Shown here one piece after another: positions 32,268-59,083 of a DNA stretch of 64,000 nucleotides. The stretch lies in assembly GCF_009914755.1 (NCBI RefSeq), contig NC_060925.1. One strand, written 5' to 3'. This DNA is from the human T2T-CHM13v2.0 reference genome, Homo sapiens. Each line of letters starts with the position of its first letter. Within the stretch, counting starts at the first letter, position 1. The position numbers and the translations under genes are program-made. The notes beneath the pieces are model-generated. The model was not told the origin of the DNA and did not search any database. It saw nothing but the letters and a program-made list of their open reading frames with translations.

Positions 32268-33111
32268 TGTATAAAATTATACATATAAAATACATAGAAT
32301 GTACTAAGAAGATGAGTAAAATCTTTGACACCAGAAGTGGACAGATCAGGAAACAATTTTTCTCAAGTTATTTGGGATCTTACTGGTTGGTATTTGAGAA
32401 AAATAATAAATCCAGGAGGTACGAGGGCAATTCTTCCCACAACTCACACCCCTTAATCCACACGTCCCAGAGAAAGGAGAAACAGGAGTGTTGATGAGTG
32501 CCAGCTTATAAATGTCAAACAGACACACCTGGTGTGTCTAGCTGTTTTTGCCTTTACTCCAACCCGACGTGTTTCATGGAATACAAACATGGGGCTTCTA
32601 CCCCAGCTCTCTTCTGATTAGTAAGAAAAAAAAAATGATAGGGCCTGGAGAATTCAAGGAAGCCCGTTTCAAGCACTAATAAAATTGTAGCTGGATTCCT
32701 TACCTCTTACCCAACATGATTTCAAAAGCAAGAAAGTTGCCTTTCATCTTGCCCCTATCAAATCCAAAAGAGCCAATTATAGCCTGTTTCATAATCTATT
32801 TTTATTGTTGTTGTTACACTTGAACTTTCTGTTTGGAACCTAATCTATTTCTAAAAGCAAAGTCTGTATAATTGTTAAGTGGGAAGTCCAATTGCAGGAA
32901 TACTAAATGTTCCAAGCTCAGTTTAGAAAGTACATGGGACAATAATATAGTATAAATAAGAGATCACAGAGACAAGGGGGAAATATATATTAGAGACCTC
33001 CAAAAAAATTCTCTGAAAGGAGAATACTTTAGCTGCTGTACTACAGGTTATTTCTCTCTTATGTCACCCAGGAGAGAAGTGGGGGAGAATGGTGTTAAAA
33101 ACACAAATAGT

Positions 33112-34070
<959 letters not shown>

Positions 34071-35129
34071 TTAGGAAGTGCCAAAATACTAAAGTCTCAT
34101 TTAATTTTCCTGATCAACTTATGTTCTAATAATTAATGTGGAAGGAGAGGAAAGAAAGAGAAAACAAATGAGAATCTAAGGTAGTAAACAGCAGCAACTT
34201 AGCGGGAATAAGGGGAACATGGTTCTCACTAACCAAATAGGACTGATAACGCTTCCAAAAAATAAAATGTTAGGTGAAGGGAAATATGGAAATATGTTTT
34301 ACTTTCTACTAATAGCTGCAGGCAGGAAGGTCCAAACGCAGGGTTTAACTAAGCTGGGGGAGTAGGGGAGATGTTTAGAGGGAATACTGAAAGAGAATCA
34401 GTTTCAACCATAACCCCCATCTACTGTAGAGTATATCCAGAAATCTAGACTACTAGTATGGTATACATATGCCCTAGAAGCAACTTAGGTAGTAAACTCC
34501 CATGAATTGTTTGTAATTTATCTTGTCCCTGGGCAGTTTCTTAGGAGGGGTTTCAGAAGCAAGATCTCTACTTCCTTCAGAATAATAAGGTAGGGAAGGA
34601 AGCCTCAAAACAAAGTGGCAATTTGGAGGCAGAGAAGGAATAAGGTAGTGGTGGGGAGGAAAGGGATAGCAAGCAGGTTCAGTTCAGGAACTAAAGGCAA
34701 AATCTTCATACTCATACCCTGTTTGAGTCCAAGAGGAAGCAGGAATGAGAGTAAGGGTGGGGCACATAATCCTTATTCAAGTTACCTGATATTTGAAAAG
34801 AAGGACACATGAACACTAGAGTTAATCTTTTAGTGCTACTGAAATGGCTACACAGTTAATCTGGAAGTTTAAGAGCTAACAAAGCTGCAAAGACAAGCTG
34901 CTCTTTGTTGTAAAGTGGACTGAAGATGTTTCAAATAAAACTACATCCAAAAACTGGTAGTAAGAAAAGGGATCTCTTAGCAAATAGGAATCTAGGTGTA
35001 GAATTTATACACATATATATTTTTTAAAGTATAAAAATGAGAAAGTATGTACAAAAAATCATCCTAAATCTTAGAAAGGAGACATAAAAAAAGGCTGTGG
35101 AAAGCCTGGGGAGTTATGTGGGTGGATGC

Positions 35130-35372
<243 letters not shown>

Positions 35373-35700
35373 CTAGTAGGGGAGGGGAATGTGAACATCA
35401 TTGAGAAGGTAAAGGTTCATATCATACCACACTGACCCAACTGGGACTAAGAACTCAGCTTTAGAGACCTAACTGAGGTCAGCACCTAAGTTCTTCAAGG
35501 AGATTCTTAAAGGCACTTCCTGCTACGGGAAGCAAGATAGACAAAAGAATCACAGCTAATATTTACACAGGAAAGATTATAGGAATGAAGAGGGTACTTA
35601 GGTAAGGCTTTCAATATTCACAACCATAGGTCACAATAGACCTTATTTCTAACATAGTAACCACCTCAAAAGAGTCCACTGACAGATTGTGCTCCCCTCA

Positions 35701-35883
<183 letters not shown>

Positions 35884-35902
35884 TTACAAAATGGATTTGT
35901 AG

Positions 35903-36274
<372 letters not shown>

Positions 36275-36392
36275 AGGAAGGTATTTATTTTTGAAAAATA
36301 GTGTAACAACCTTCTTTCTTTTCCAGTATCAATGAGTTAGGAATTAGTAGGAGCCATTATATATTACAGTAGCAGGCTGACCCATGTTATTA

Positions 36393-36560
<168 letters not shown>

Positions 36561-36572
36561 TTATCATCTCAA

Positions 36573-37125
36573 GCAGCACTGTCCAGTAGAAATATAATGC
36601 AAGCCACATATTTAATTCAAAATTTCCTCTCTGCCACATTAAAGTAAAAATAAAGAGGTAAGTCCAGGTGCAGTGGCTCATGCCTGTAATCCCAGCACTG
36701 TGGGAGGCCAAGGTGGGCAGATCACTTGAGGTCAGGAGTTTGAGACCAGCCTGGCCAACATGGTGAAACCGTGTCTCTACTAAAAATACAAAAATTAGCC
36801 GGGCATGGTAGTGGGTGCCTGTAAATCCCAGCTACTCAGGAGGCTGAGGCAGGAGAATCACTTCAACCTGGGAGGCGGAGATTGCAGAGATCGGGCTACT
36901 GCACTCCAGCCTGGACAACAGAGTGAGACTCTGTCTCAGAAAAAAAAAAAAACAAGTAAAATTAATTTTAATAATATATCTTATTTAACCCAATATGTTC
37001 AAAATATTATTTTTCAACTGTAGTCAGTATAAACATTATTAATGAAATATTTTACATTTTTGTACTGACTTTCTGAAATGTGGTATAAGTGTGGAAATTC
37101 TGGGTAGCAGTGTGGTCTCCTGGAC
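36573..37125. mobile_element. MER33-like hAT element interrupted by a plus-strand Alu (36662-36952)
   Basis: cagcactgtccagtagaaatataatgcaagccaca start, ...ctggaca end. Confidence 0.65.
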
Positions 37126-37381
37126 ATTGGCCTATTGTGTCTTCTATTGGTTATGTAACCCTGCAGGGTTAGAATTAAGACACACTGTCCTGCATTCAAG
37201 CCTAGCATGTAAAAAAACCAATACAGCATAGAAGTTAAGAGCATGGACTGGAGCTCCTACAAATAGCGTGGCCTTGGTAAAGTCACTTAACCTCTCTGTT
37301 CTTCAGTTTCCTCTTCTGTAAGATGGGAATAATCATAGAGCTACCTTAAATGATTGTTTTGAGAATTAAATAAAATTTTAA

Positions 37382-40998
<3,617 letters not shown>

Positions 40999-41453
40999 TA
41001 ATTATGGTTATTCTTATCATCATCATTTGAAAGAACAGTTGTAAATAAAGAGAGTAAATAAATTATCCTCCTTGTTCCTAAAAAGACGTTTTGTTATAAA
41101 AGTCTTCTTTATCAATAAGATGAAGTAATGGAGGCAGGAGACAAGTGACAATAAAAAACAGTCATAAAAAAAGAACTGCAGAAACTAAGGTCTTAACCCA
41201 AATTAGCAAAAGCAAAATTGAAGCTCAATTTTCATTTTGGAATAGCTCTACAATTCCATAAATCTGCAATTAAAGGTTTCTAGATACCAAAGAGACACAA
41301 TGAAAGAGACAAAACAACAAAAAACACATAAACACAGATACAGAACTAGAGACTGCGACAGGTGGAGCACATGACACAATAGACTGACAGAGAATAAATC
41401 AAAAGAACAGAGAGGTGGACCAGAAAGAAAACAAGAATTCATGCTCTGTTTCA

Positions 41454-41669
<216 letters not shown>

Positions 41670-42514
41670 CTAGGCAGGGGAGAAAGAGTGAGAATATGTG
41701 TATTTGTGCATATGAGAGAGAGGAAGGAACAGTGGGAGGGAAACACTTCAGATAGAAAACACTTGGACGCTCTTTGGATAAATCAGTTGTGTTCAACACA
41801 CTTTCCAAGGTTTTTATGGTAAAGTGGTTGGGATGTTTGGAAACATAATTTTGATTCAACATCCTGAAGTCATTAAGGAACTGGGAGAGGGCTGTAGCTC
41901 ATACCAAACTGAATGCAGAACGAGGAAGGCTGCTTAAGTCAGCATATAATCACTGGTCATGAAAAATACCCGTTTAAACTGTCGACAGAATTAGTTACTC
42001 AAAAGTCAGATTCTGGCCGGCTTAATAGAAATCTGTATCTTGTTCTGCGGACAGGTAAGGTTTTTTGGATTCCTCTAGATAACCCAAGATTAGAACCAAA
42101 GCTGTGTCTAGGCTGCTTCTACAGAGGCCACTGGTCTCTATCAGAAGCACCCATCTTGGAATCTCGGACTTCATTTTTAGCTGTGAGCAGGCATTTTCTC
42201 AAATAACGTAGTGAGCCAAAGGAGCTATCCCTGAGAAGGGTTTAAGTCTGAAGAAGGAATTTATAGACTTCTTTTTTCCCCACAGTGGAAACAAAGAGGA
42301 GAGGAGTAACTAAGGGAAGGAAAGCTGACTTAAGAAGGAAAAAAATAAAAATTAATTCATGTTTTTATATTGTATCCAACATAGGTATCATAGAACAAGT
42401 CTGATCTGCAGAAGTCTCAAAATTATTCAACTTCAGATCTCTAGCCACCATAGTATTCCTTTATAATTCATCTTTATTGGCTGTCTCAAAGGCCTCTTTG
42501 CCCTATGTCATTTA

Positions 42515-45313
<2,799 letters not shown>

Positions 45314-46414
45314 TGAAATGACTGAAGTTCTAAGGGAAAAAATTTCATCACCTGATTTGAAATGAAGCTTCCTTAGGACTGCTTCTGTTTGAGGCAGAAA
45401 CTAAGCTGCAATGGCACTCATTCATGCAACAGACGTATTATTTGCCTACTATCTGCTAGGCACTAAGATGGGTGGTAGGGATTTAACGAGAAAGAAGACA
45501 AACACAATCTTTGCCTCTATGGAACATAGTCCACTAGGAGAGACAAACAATTATGATATGTTGTAATAAGTGATATGATAGGGGAAGTTCAAGGTGCTAT
45601 GCAGACACACAGTAGGGCCTTTAACCTTGTCTAAGGGTTTCACAAACCATATGGAAAACAGAACAAAGGTGTTTATTATTTTCTCTAAATTCCATTTGAG
45701 ACTTTTAAGTTGACATTTCAGAAGGCTGCCTCCCTGTCTGCAATGTAAAAAATCCATCTTTGATGAGAATATTCGTACTAGTCCATAATTTTTCACTACT
45801 ACCTCATAATGGCAACCATTCTTTTCATCATCATAGGTATTTCACATAATTGTAGAATGTTAGTAGTAGAAAAGACTTTAGAAATAATCTAACCTATCTC
45901 CTTCATGTTATAGATGGGAAAAGTGAGGCCCAGAGATTTGCCCCATTGATATTCAGAAGAATGTAAATTTGGATCTCCTAACTCTTAGATGAGTACTGTT
46001 TCCAGCATACATAGTCCCTCCGATTTGACCTCTTAGAGAACTCCAACATTGCTTTCTTTAGTAATTGCCTACGAAAAAGTACTGGAGGCAAGGAATATTG
46101 TTCTATATCCTCAATAAGAGATGGAAGAAAGTTGGAATGCAATAACTGAAGCCAGATTGGAACATGGGTTGGATGCTGGTAGTCGGATATACTGAGCAAG
46201 GGGATATTCATAACTGCTCAAATTCAAAATGGGTTTGAGTTTTTGAAAGGAAAGCATGCTACTGAGGTTCTACTATGGTCAAATTGGCCTCAGATGCTTG
46301 CCAGAATAATTTCCCCAGAATTGCTTTAGGTCCTCAAATATATGATTTCAGGCAGTTTAATGGCCAAAGTGGTGGAGAAAGCCGTTACTAACATCTAAGC
46401 ATTTACCTTTGCTA

Positions 46415-46654
<240 letters not shown>

Positions 46655-47249
46655 CTATACTTCAATACAGTACCTGTAACCTGTACCTACATTAAGAGTC
46701 TGCCCCTTAGCTCCCTACCTATCGCCATTGAAAAGCATTTAAGTTAATAAACCTAGACTGTGATTAAGTTAATTTGCCTAGAAAGACCAGAGTAGGCCTG
46801 CCCTCCTCCACCACTTTTCTGGTTCACATTTTATTTTATTTAAATTTTTTTTTCACTCCCACCTCCAATCTGAATAGTTCACATTTTAACTTAGTCCTAG
46901 AATAACTTAAATATTGAAGGCAGAGTTCCCAATGTCAGCAGACCATTATCACTGCCTGATGAAATACAAGCAGATTATTCCACAGTTGGTTAGCTGGCCC
47001 AGGATGATAATAACCACCACAATAAGTGCTAACATGTATTGAACTGTATGTCACCCATTTCTGTAACTGCTTTACGTGTTTAATCACAGCAACTTTATGA
47101 AGCAGATATTTTTACTATCCATATTTTACAGATGAGGGAAATGAGGTACAGAGAAGTTAAATAACTTGCCCAAGGTTATGCCAGGAGAAAGTAGCAGTTT
47201 GAGTATTCAAACTCAAGTAGTCTTGGTTCCAATGAATATTCTTTTATGC

Positions 47250-47964
47250 AATACTGCTGGCTCAAGGAAATATAGCCCTAATAACCATTCTCGAGCCTGT
47301 GCTTCTAGTGAGCACATCCATTGCCAGATTCCTTTTCCAACCCAGAATACTATGTACATACTACGAGTGAGAGAAGCCAGGGCATGGGGGTGGGAGAGAA
47401 AACTCTTTTGAGGCTTTACCTGGGTATAAATGTTTTTGGAGGAGCCATATGGTGAGATGCGAAGCAATGCAATGGGAAGCAATTGGAGGACTTTAAAAAG
47501 AAGCACTCCTCCATGGGTCGGTCTCTCATGCTCCTTCACATCTTGCTAGGTACACCAAGATTGCAAATCCCTGACTGCTCTTTACTTGGGCTATTTTTCA
47601 GGACTGTGCTTGCAGCAAGAAATATTGAGGGATGAGGTACTACCTTCACTCAGATAAAGAACTTGCTTGCTTCAGCTTGTTGTAAAATGGCAAGTTCCCC
47701 AAGCTGTGGGTTCTATAAGTGTTCCTCTGTTGTGAAGCAACCCATGGCCTATGCAAGTATCCACCTGAGTCCTCTGCATTGGACTTGGGAGGAGGCAAGG
47801 AGAACTAATATAAACATGATGCTCATGCTACTTGCTGTGCTATGAATAATAAATTCCTTTGTCTCTAAATCTCAAAGTCTCTTGACTTCTGCCAGCACCC
47901 ATGAAACAGTAAATGGCTAATTTATTAGTTGTAGGTAGGCTAAAATCAAACTCCAGACCTGACA
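47250..47964 (+). mobile_element. Old ERVL-type solo LTR (MER54/MER74-like)
   Basis: AATAAA followed by ttcctttgtctct...gtaggctaaaatc...ctgaca terminus; family assigned from memory. Confidence 0.5.
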
Positions 47965-48571
47965 TTGTATTCTAGAAAACTTCCTCTCATCCCTACGTTT
48001 TCCTTATGTAGCCTACAGTGTAAAGAGGGAAAGAGATATTAACCAAATCTCAAACAAATGTAAAATTGCAGCTGTGATCAAGTTCTATAAAGGAGTGATA
48101 GATGTCGGCGTATCTGACCTAGTTAAGAAGGTCAAAGAAAGCTACCCTGAGGAGGCAATATCTAAGTTTAGGTATGACTAGGAATTCACTAGGCAAGAGG
48201 TGAGAGGACAGTGTTCTGTGCGTAAGGAACAGCATGTTCAAAGGCTCATGACGGCAGGGAACATGATGAATAAAGGGAATTAAGACCATATGGCTATGAA
48301 AGAGTGAGGGAGGGGAAGTGTAATGCAAGATGAGGTTGCAAGAGGAGGCAGGGACCAGACCAAGTAGGGCCTTTTAGGCCATGTTAGAGTATTGGCTTTA
48401 TCCTAGAGCAATAGGAAGCAATTGGAGGACTTTAAAAAGAAGGGAGTCTTTCTAACTCAGCTCCAAGGAAAAATAACTAATTAAAAAAAAAAGGAGGGAT
48501 GAGATCAGTTTGCTTTTAGAAAGGATCACATTGGCTCTAGGGTTCCAAACATTTCAAATAGTTTTAGCTAA

Positions 48572-52031
<3,460 letters not shown>

Positions 52032-52408
52032 AGGATAAAAATATTAAAACAATATATGAAACTACAGTAAAAATTTTATATCATAAGGATAAATACAACC
52101 TTGCCAGGAAGGTAATTAACAAAAATAAAAGAAAAAAGTAATAAATACAACTTTGTGGTGGGGAAGCAGGAATAAAGAGATAATGAAGTTAAGAGGTGAG
52201 TAAAAAGATTCTCCTTGATCATAGAGGATGGCGAGAATAGACTGACTCTATTCACATTATTATGGAAGATAGGGAAGCTAGTTAACAATAGTTCATCTAT
52301 TTCCTATTTCAATGTTTAGAAGGTACATCTGCCCCTAAATAGCCCACGATCCACAGTCTCTTTGGAAGGAGAGACTGCAAAGTAACAGTGACTTTGGGAG
52401 GGGACTCT

Positions 52409-53180
52409 GGTAGACTGAATAATGCCACCTGCCAAAATGTCCATGTCTTAATCCTTGGAACCTGTGAATGTGACATTATCTGGCAAAGACTTTGCAGATG
52501 AGTTTAAATGATCTGAGATGGGGAGATGACCTAGATTATATAGGTGGGCCCTAAGTGCATTCACAAGTGTCCTTATAAGAGGGAGGCAGGATGGGCACAC
52601 TGACTCATGCCTATAATTCCAGCACTTTGGGAGGCCAAAGCAGGATGATCACTTGAGGCCAGGAGTTCAAGATCAGCCTGGGCAACACTGTGGGATCTCA
52701 TCTCTACAAAAAAATTTTTTAAAATCAGCCAGGTGTGGTGACATGCACCTGTAGTCTAGCTACTTGGGAGGCTGAGGCGGGTGGGAGGATCACTGGAGCC
52801 CAGCAGTTCCAGGCTGCGGTGAGCTATGATTGCACCACTGCAGTCCAGCCTAGGCAACACAGCGAGATTCCATTTCTTAAAAAAAAAAAAAGGAGGCATA
52901 TTTGATGAAGAGGAGGAGTCACGGAGGCAGAGATTATAGTGATACAGCAATAAACCACGTAATAAACCAATGTCAGCAGCCACCAGAAGCTGGAAGAGGC
53001 AAGGAATGAATTCTCCCCTAGAGCTTCTGGAGGGAGCACGGCCCTGCCAACACCTTGATTTTGGCCCAGTAATACTGATTTTGGACTTCTGGCCTCCAGA
53101 ACTATGAGAGAACAAATTTCTGTTGGTTTAAGCCACTAAAGTTGTGATAATTTGTTACAGCAGCCACAGGAAACTAATAT
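52409..53180 (+). mobile_element. MLT1-type MaLR LTR interrupted by an Alu (52590-52892)
   Basis: ggaacctgtgaatgtgac start region; ...gcagccacaggaaactaata terminus. Confidence 0.8.
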
Positions 53181-56100
53181 AGGAACTAATCCAGCATTTC
53201 CAAAAATTGGAAATATTCAGCCCAACCCATTTAACTCCAGTCTTACAGAAAAGAAGCTATCTGTGATTCTGAGGAAAAGGAACAACTAAATAGAAAATAC
53301 TACACAAGATTCATTTGTTCAACTTAGTGAAATAACAGGGCAAAATCTCCAATCATGCAGCCATATTGTAACATAAAAGGATAGCAATACTTCCAAAACA
53401 ACAGGTTTGAAGAGGGAAATGTAGCAATTACAGAGCAAGGAAAGTGAGTTACTCGATCCTGCCAGTTTAGAGATTGCCAGATGTCAAACATGAGAAAGAG
53501 ACTATATGCCATAGAAAAAAAGGGTGCAAAGGAAATGGCAATGCAGAACAGTACCTATCATTTGCAGTTTCCAAAGCATTTCCAAATGCACAATAGTAGC
53601 AACCATACTGAGTACCAGGTGCTGCATGCTTTATATTCGTTGTCTTATTTAATCCACACAAAACTATCAGGATAAGTATTATAATACCCATTTTACAAAA
53701 AGTAAGCAAGTTAAGGAACAGGCCAGAAGTGGCAGAACCAGGATTTAGAAACAATGTTTGTTTGGCTCCAAAGTCAACCCTCTTTGTATTGGGCTGGCCT
53801 GCTTTACTACACCATTAATCTTTATACATGCTCTGTAATGTAAACTGTGAGCTCCATCAAGATAGGGACTAAATATCTGCCTTGTCCACCACTGCATCTG
53901 GTGATCAATAAATATTTGGTAAATGAATGAAGAGAACAGATGAAGCATAGAGAGATTAAGCAACTTCTCCAAGATCACACAGCCAACTATTTGACAGGGC
54001 TAGGTCCTCTGATTACAAATCCCATGCACTACAAACTTATCAAGATCCTACAGAATACTGAGCTGTGTGTGTATCTTGGGTAAGTGGGTGAGGGAGGCAG
54101 ATAAAGGACAGGAAAGCTTTTTAAAATAAATAAGTAAATACATACATACATACATATATACATACATACTGATAGCCCACATGAGTGAAGGTAGATCTAA
54201 AGACTGATTGGAAAAGGTGGATTTGGAGCATTCAGGAAGAAGATGAAGGATGTTAATTGAAGATGATGTGGTAAAGCATTGCTGGATGAGGGAATGAATT
54301 GTCTAGGCAGAGGCTAAAGTAAATTGTATTCAGGGGAATACAGCCATTCCCCCAAATAACATGCCATCAGTCACAAGGGTATGTGAATATATGCCAGTGG
54401 CAGCTTTGCCTAAGAATTGAAGCAGAATAAGTGATTCCATGTGGTAAAGGACTTCTGAGCCAAATGGGCAGAGATTCTGCTTGCCTGAAGCTGAACTATC
54501 TGCCAGACTTTCCTAAAGTACTGGCTGGACACTCAGACTGGAAATGAGAAACTCAAGAATAATGAGAAAGACTGCGATGGGAGGTGGGGAGATAGGAAAG
54601 AAAATCACCACGAAGTGTGAAGCCTGATTAATTGCCCTTTGTCAGTACAATCCCCTTGTTCCCTCATCCTTGCTAAGGAAATGAAAGTTTTTACAGGATG
54701 TCCAGTTTGGGAGCCAAAGCAGAGGCTCTCCAGGTAACACAGACAAGAAAAAGGGTGTACTCTTCTATAATTTTAATAAATGCCTGTAAGTTGCCAAGAG
54801 GAAGGCTTCAGATTTAGTGTGACCACTCTAGGCTACTCCTGTGCCCAGAGGCAAAGACCTTCCCTTGATCTTGACTTAGAGACTTGAAGCAGCAGGATAG
54901 TAGCTAATAGCAGTTCCATCACATAGCCTTGTTAAATCTTGGGATTACATTGGAAAAATAGTATTTCCTCATGAGTTTCAGATTCATCCATTTGTATCCC
55001 CAGCACCTAGCAGAGTTCCTGTCTTATAATAGGAGTTCAAATTGTATGAAGAACAAAGGGAAATTGATGATGAATGAATCATTAGGCACATATAGCAAAA
55101 TGGCTCTAAAAATCTGTTTTCATAGGAATTTTTGGGTTTACATTATTAGGATTTAAGAGTGGGAAAAAGTGAAGCATGTTCTACTTAAGGAACTATGAAC
55201 CAACAAATTTGAGATAATAATCATTTTTAGGTTATATGTCATTTGCAATGTCTCAGTCAATCCATATTGTAACCCTTGAAGAAACTGAAGCTCAGTGAAA
55301 TTAAGTCCCTTCCCCAAAGATTTGGCTGGTAAGTGACAAAGATCTCCAAAGCCTGTGTGTGCTCTTTTCACTAAACTTTCTTAAAAAAAGAAAATCTACA
55401 GAAAAGCCCTGTAACTTTTCTCTGTATTATTGTTAAACAGAAAGTTAAAGATATAGTCACTTCCAGGTCAGGCAGGACCTGGCCAAGCAGACAGAAGGGA
55501 TGTCTTGTAAATTCCAGGCTTAAATTCTGTATTCCACACCCTTCACTATATATTCCTTATTACTTACACTATAAATCTGGAACTCAAACTCAGACAGGAA
55601 ACTACCCTAGTTAAACGAAAACAACAAAGAAAACCCTCACATCCCTCTTTCCAGAAATTAACGAAGTTTTCTAACTGAAATAGAGTTTCTAACCTGGCAC
55701 ATTTCCACAGAATTTAACATTGAAAGAGCCAAGGCCTGGGATTTATCCTCAGTTCCTGGGCAAGGGCCAGGAAAACACAGCCAGACAGAAAGGCTGGAGT
55801 TGTGAGTCTCCATACTAAAAAAGATACCAAAGTAAGGTACTGAGCCACAGGAAGCTGCTGTGAGTTCAGTGGTACAGGTCCGGATTTAAATACACAATTA
55901 CTATGAGTGACTTGTGAAGGCACTACCTAGTTCCCCAGTAAATCTGAAGTTGCACTGAAATTTCAGAGTGAAGGTAAGTAAGTAAAGAATTTAACAGTCA
56001 AGGTTAAGGGGCTGGAGCAAATTAACAGGTGAGTCCAGGAATTGCAGAGATCACAGAGGAAAGACTGAGAGGGTATGGATGAGAAATTGGATCTGAAATA

Positions 56101-56258
56101 AAAGACAGGATCCCACACAATGAGGACTGGTTCTCAAAGGCAGAGAGATGTTAAGGTATTAAGCTGGAGGAGGAATTCCATTTCTAAAGGAGAAAAGCTT
56201 AGGAAGAAAAGAGGATTGTATCTGAAAAAGAGTCCCTGGAGAATATATTAATAACTCA

Positions 56259-57050
<792 letters not shown>

Positions 57051-58269
57051 GGCAAGCACTAGAAAGCAGGACAGAATCTTGGGGCTGGGCTTGAAGAAAA
57101 AAATGGGCCTAGATGCAAGATTGGGGAGGATTGCAGACAGAGTAGAGATCATTTTGTCCTACCATTTCATTTCACAGATTGCAGGTGAGGATATTGTGGC
57201 TCAGAGAAGTAATTCGACTTGTCCAACATCATATGCAATTGGTGGTGGAGCTAAGGCAAGAAAGATACTGACATTTAATGAACATAAACTATGCAATGTA
57301 CTGTAGTGCATGTCTTATTTACAATCACAATCACTAACTAGATTTTGTTATTTTAGGGATAAGGAAACAGATGCTGAGGGAAGCTAGAAAAATGGCCAAA
57401 ATTAAATAGCTAAGAGATGGCAAAGTGGAATTCAGAGTTTAAGCATAGGTGTTCTGATTCCCAATATTTTTATCTTTTTACTATGCCACATTGTTGGGTA
57501 AATTTCTGAGTTCACTTATTCTAAGTAGAGGAAGGGAATAAGAGAGAGTGGGATGGGCAAGTCTCTTTGCCTCCCATTAGAGTGAGAAAGAGTTAGGATA
57601 CATGCAGAAAATTAGCAAACTGAGAAGTCCAGTTGGGGGAATTAAGAAAATTACCCTTGTTGGTATAATATGTCAGACTGGGTTCCTCTGATTACTTTGC
57701 ACACACACACACTTGCACACATGCACACACACACACTCTACATACCCTTTATCATGTGGTCACCAGGCCATTTTTGCTTAGGTGAGATTATATTAACTGC
57801 TTCCCCCCATCTCTCCTACAGTGGCTCAGAAATCAAAGATGGGGAAATAGAGGCCAGAAGTAGAAGAAAATAGAAGAAACACACTTGGTGAAATGAAAAT
57901 TAGACCCTGAATAAAAACTGTGAGTAGTCAAGAAATAGGAAGTTTCAAAAGGAGACAGTTAATCTACTGGGATATATCTGCTGATGATGGAGGGAGGAAC
58001 TCTTTGTAGGAACCTTAAAGAATTCAAGGTTGGACATAGAGGAAACTGGAGGAAATGAAATCCTGTCAAATGCCTTAAAATCTTCAGGACACAGGACACT
58101 TGCCTTTTCTCTATAGAAAAGTTGGTTTCTTGGAAAGAAGGTGGCTGGAACAGCTAAGTATCCCTTGGATAATTATAGCTATAAGTTAGTGTTACCCTCC
58201 CTCCCCATTCCTCATTCCCCATACCCACACCTCCAGGCAGAAGTGACAAAACAGAGACTTCTGAACACA

Positions 58270-58275
58270 TTTATT
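58270..58275 (-). terminator. ANKRD34A: ANKRD34A poly(A) signal AATAAA
   Basis: Canonical hexamer about 810 nt after the stop. Confidence 0.7.
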
Positions 58276-59083
58276 TGATATGTCAAGTGGAGAGAGGAGT
58301 GATTTAGGGTTTCTCCCCACTTCTACCTGTGGGGGTGTTCATAAGCTCAGACAGACAGAAGAGCAGCTTAGAGCCCATGACCCACCCCCTGGGAAAATGA
58401 GACAATCTGTTGTAGTTGTTGGAGGAACAGGGTGGGAATAAAAAGCAGGAAGTTGAGAAGTGAAGTTGAGAGCAGTAAAGACAGCAGCAGAACTGAGGCT
58501 GGGGGTTGCTGCAGGAACCCCCAAGAAGAGTGAAAAAGATATCCTGAAAAGTGGTTGGGGTTAGAAGCAGGGTGTGAATAAGGAGCCAGGCCTGGAGAAA
58601 GAAGCAAGACCTGCAGAATGGGCTGGGATGTCCACGGAGAGAGTGTGCAAAATCATGATAGGCTGTGTTTCAGGGCATACATGGAAAGCAAGGGATTGCT
58701 TCTGCAGGAGGGCAAAGACATCGGAGACTGCCCATAAGTAAGGGTTCCCTACTGCTTCTGAACAAATGCAAGAGAGTTTGGGACCCTAGCCCTGTGTGTT
58801 TATTGATATGCTGTGCCTGTAGGTACACAAGTAATCCCATATGCATGTGAAATGACCAGGGCATGAATACATGTGTGTATATACCCAGTAAATAGAGTAC
58901 TTATTCTTTCTTGCTAATAAGAGTACTGTGCTTATGGACACATGTTTAACCATGTGTGGGTGCACTGTGCACCCATGAGCACATGCAAGAGATCCCTTTG
59001 TTCGTGGTGTGTGTGTGAGCTGGTTCTCCCACCTATCCCATTAAGGTCCTAATCCCCACCCTCCTTGGCTCCTCTCACTCCTC

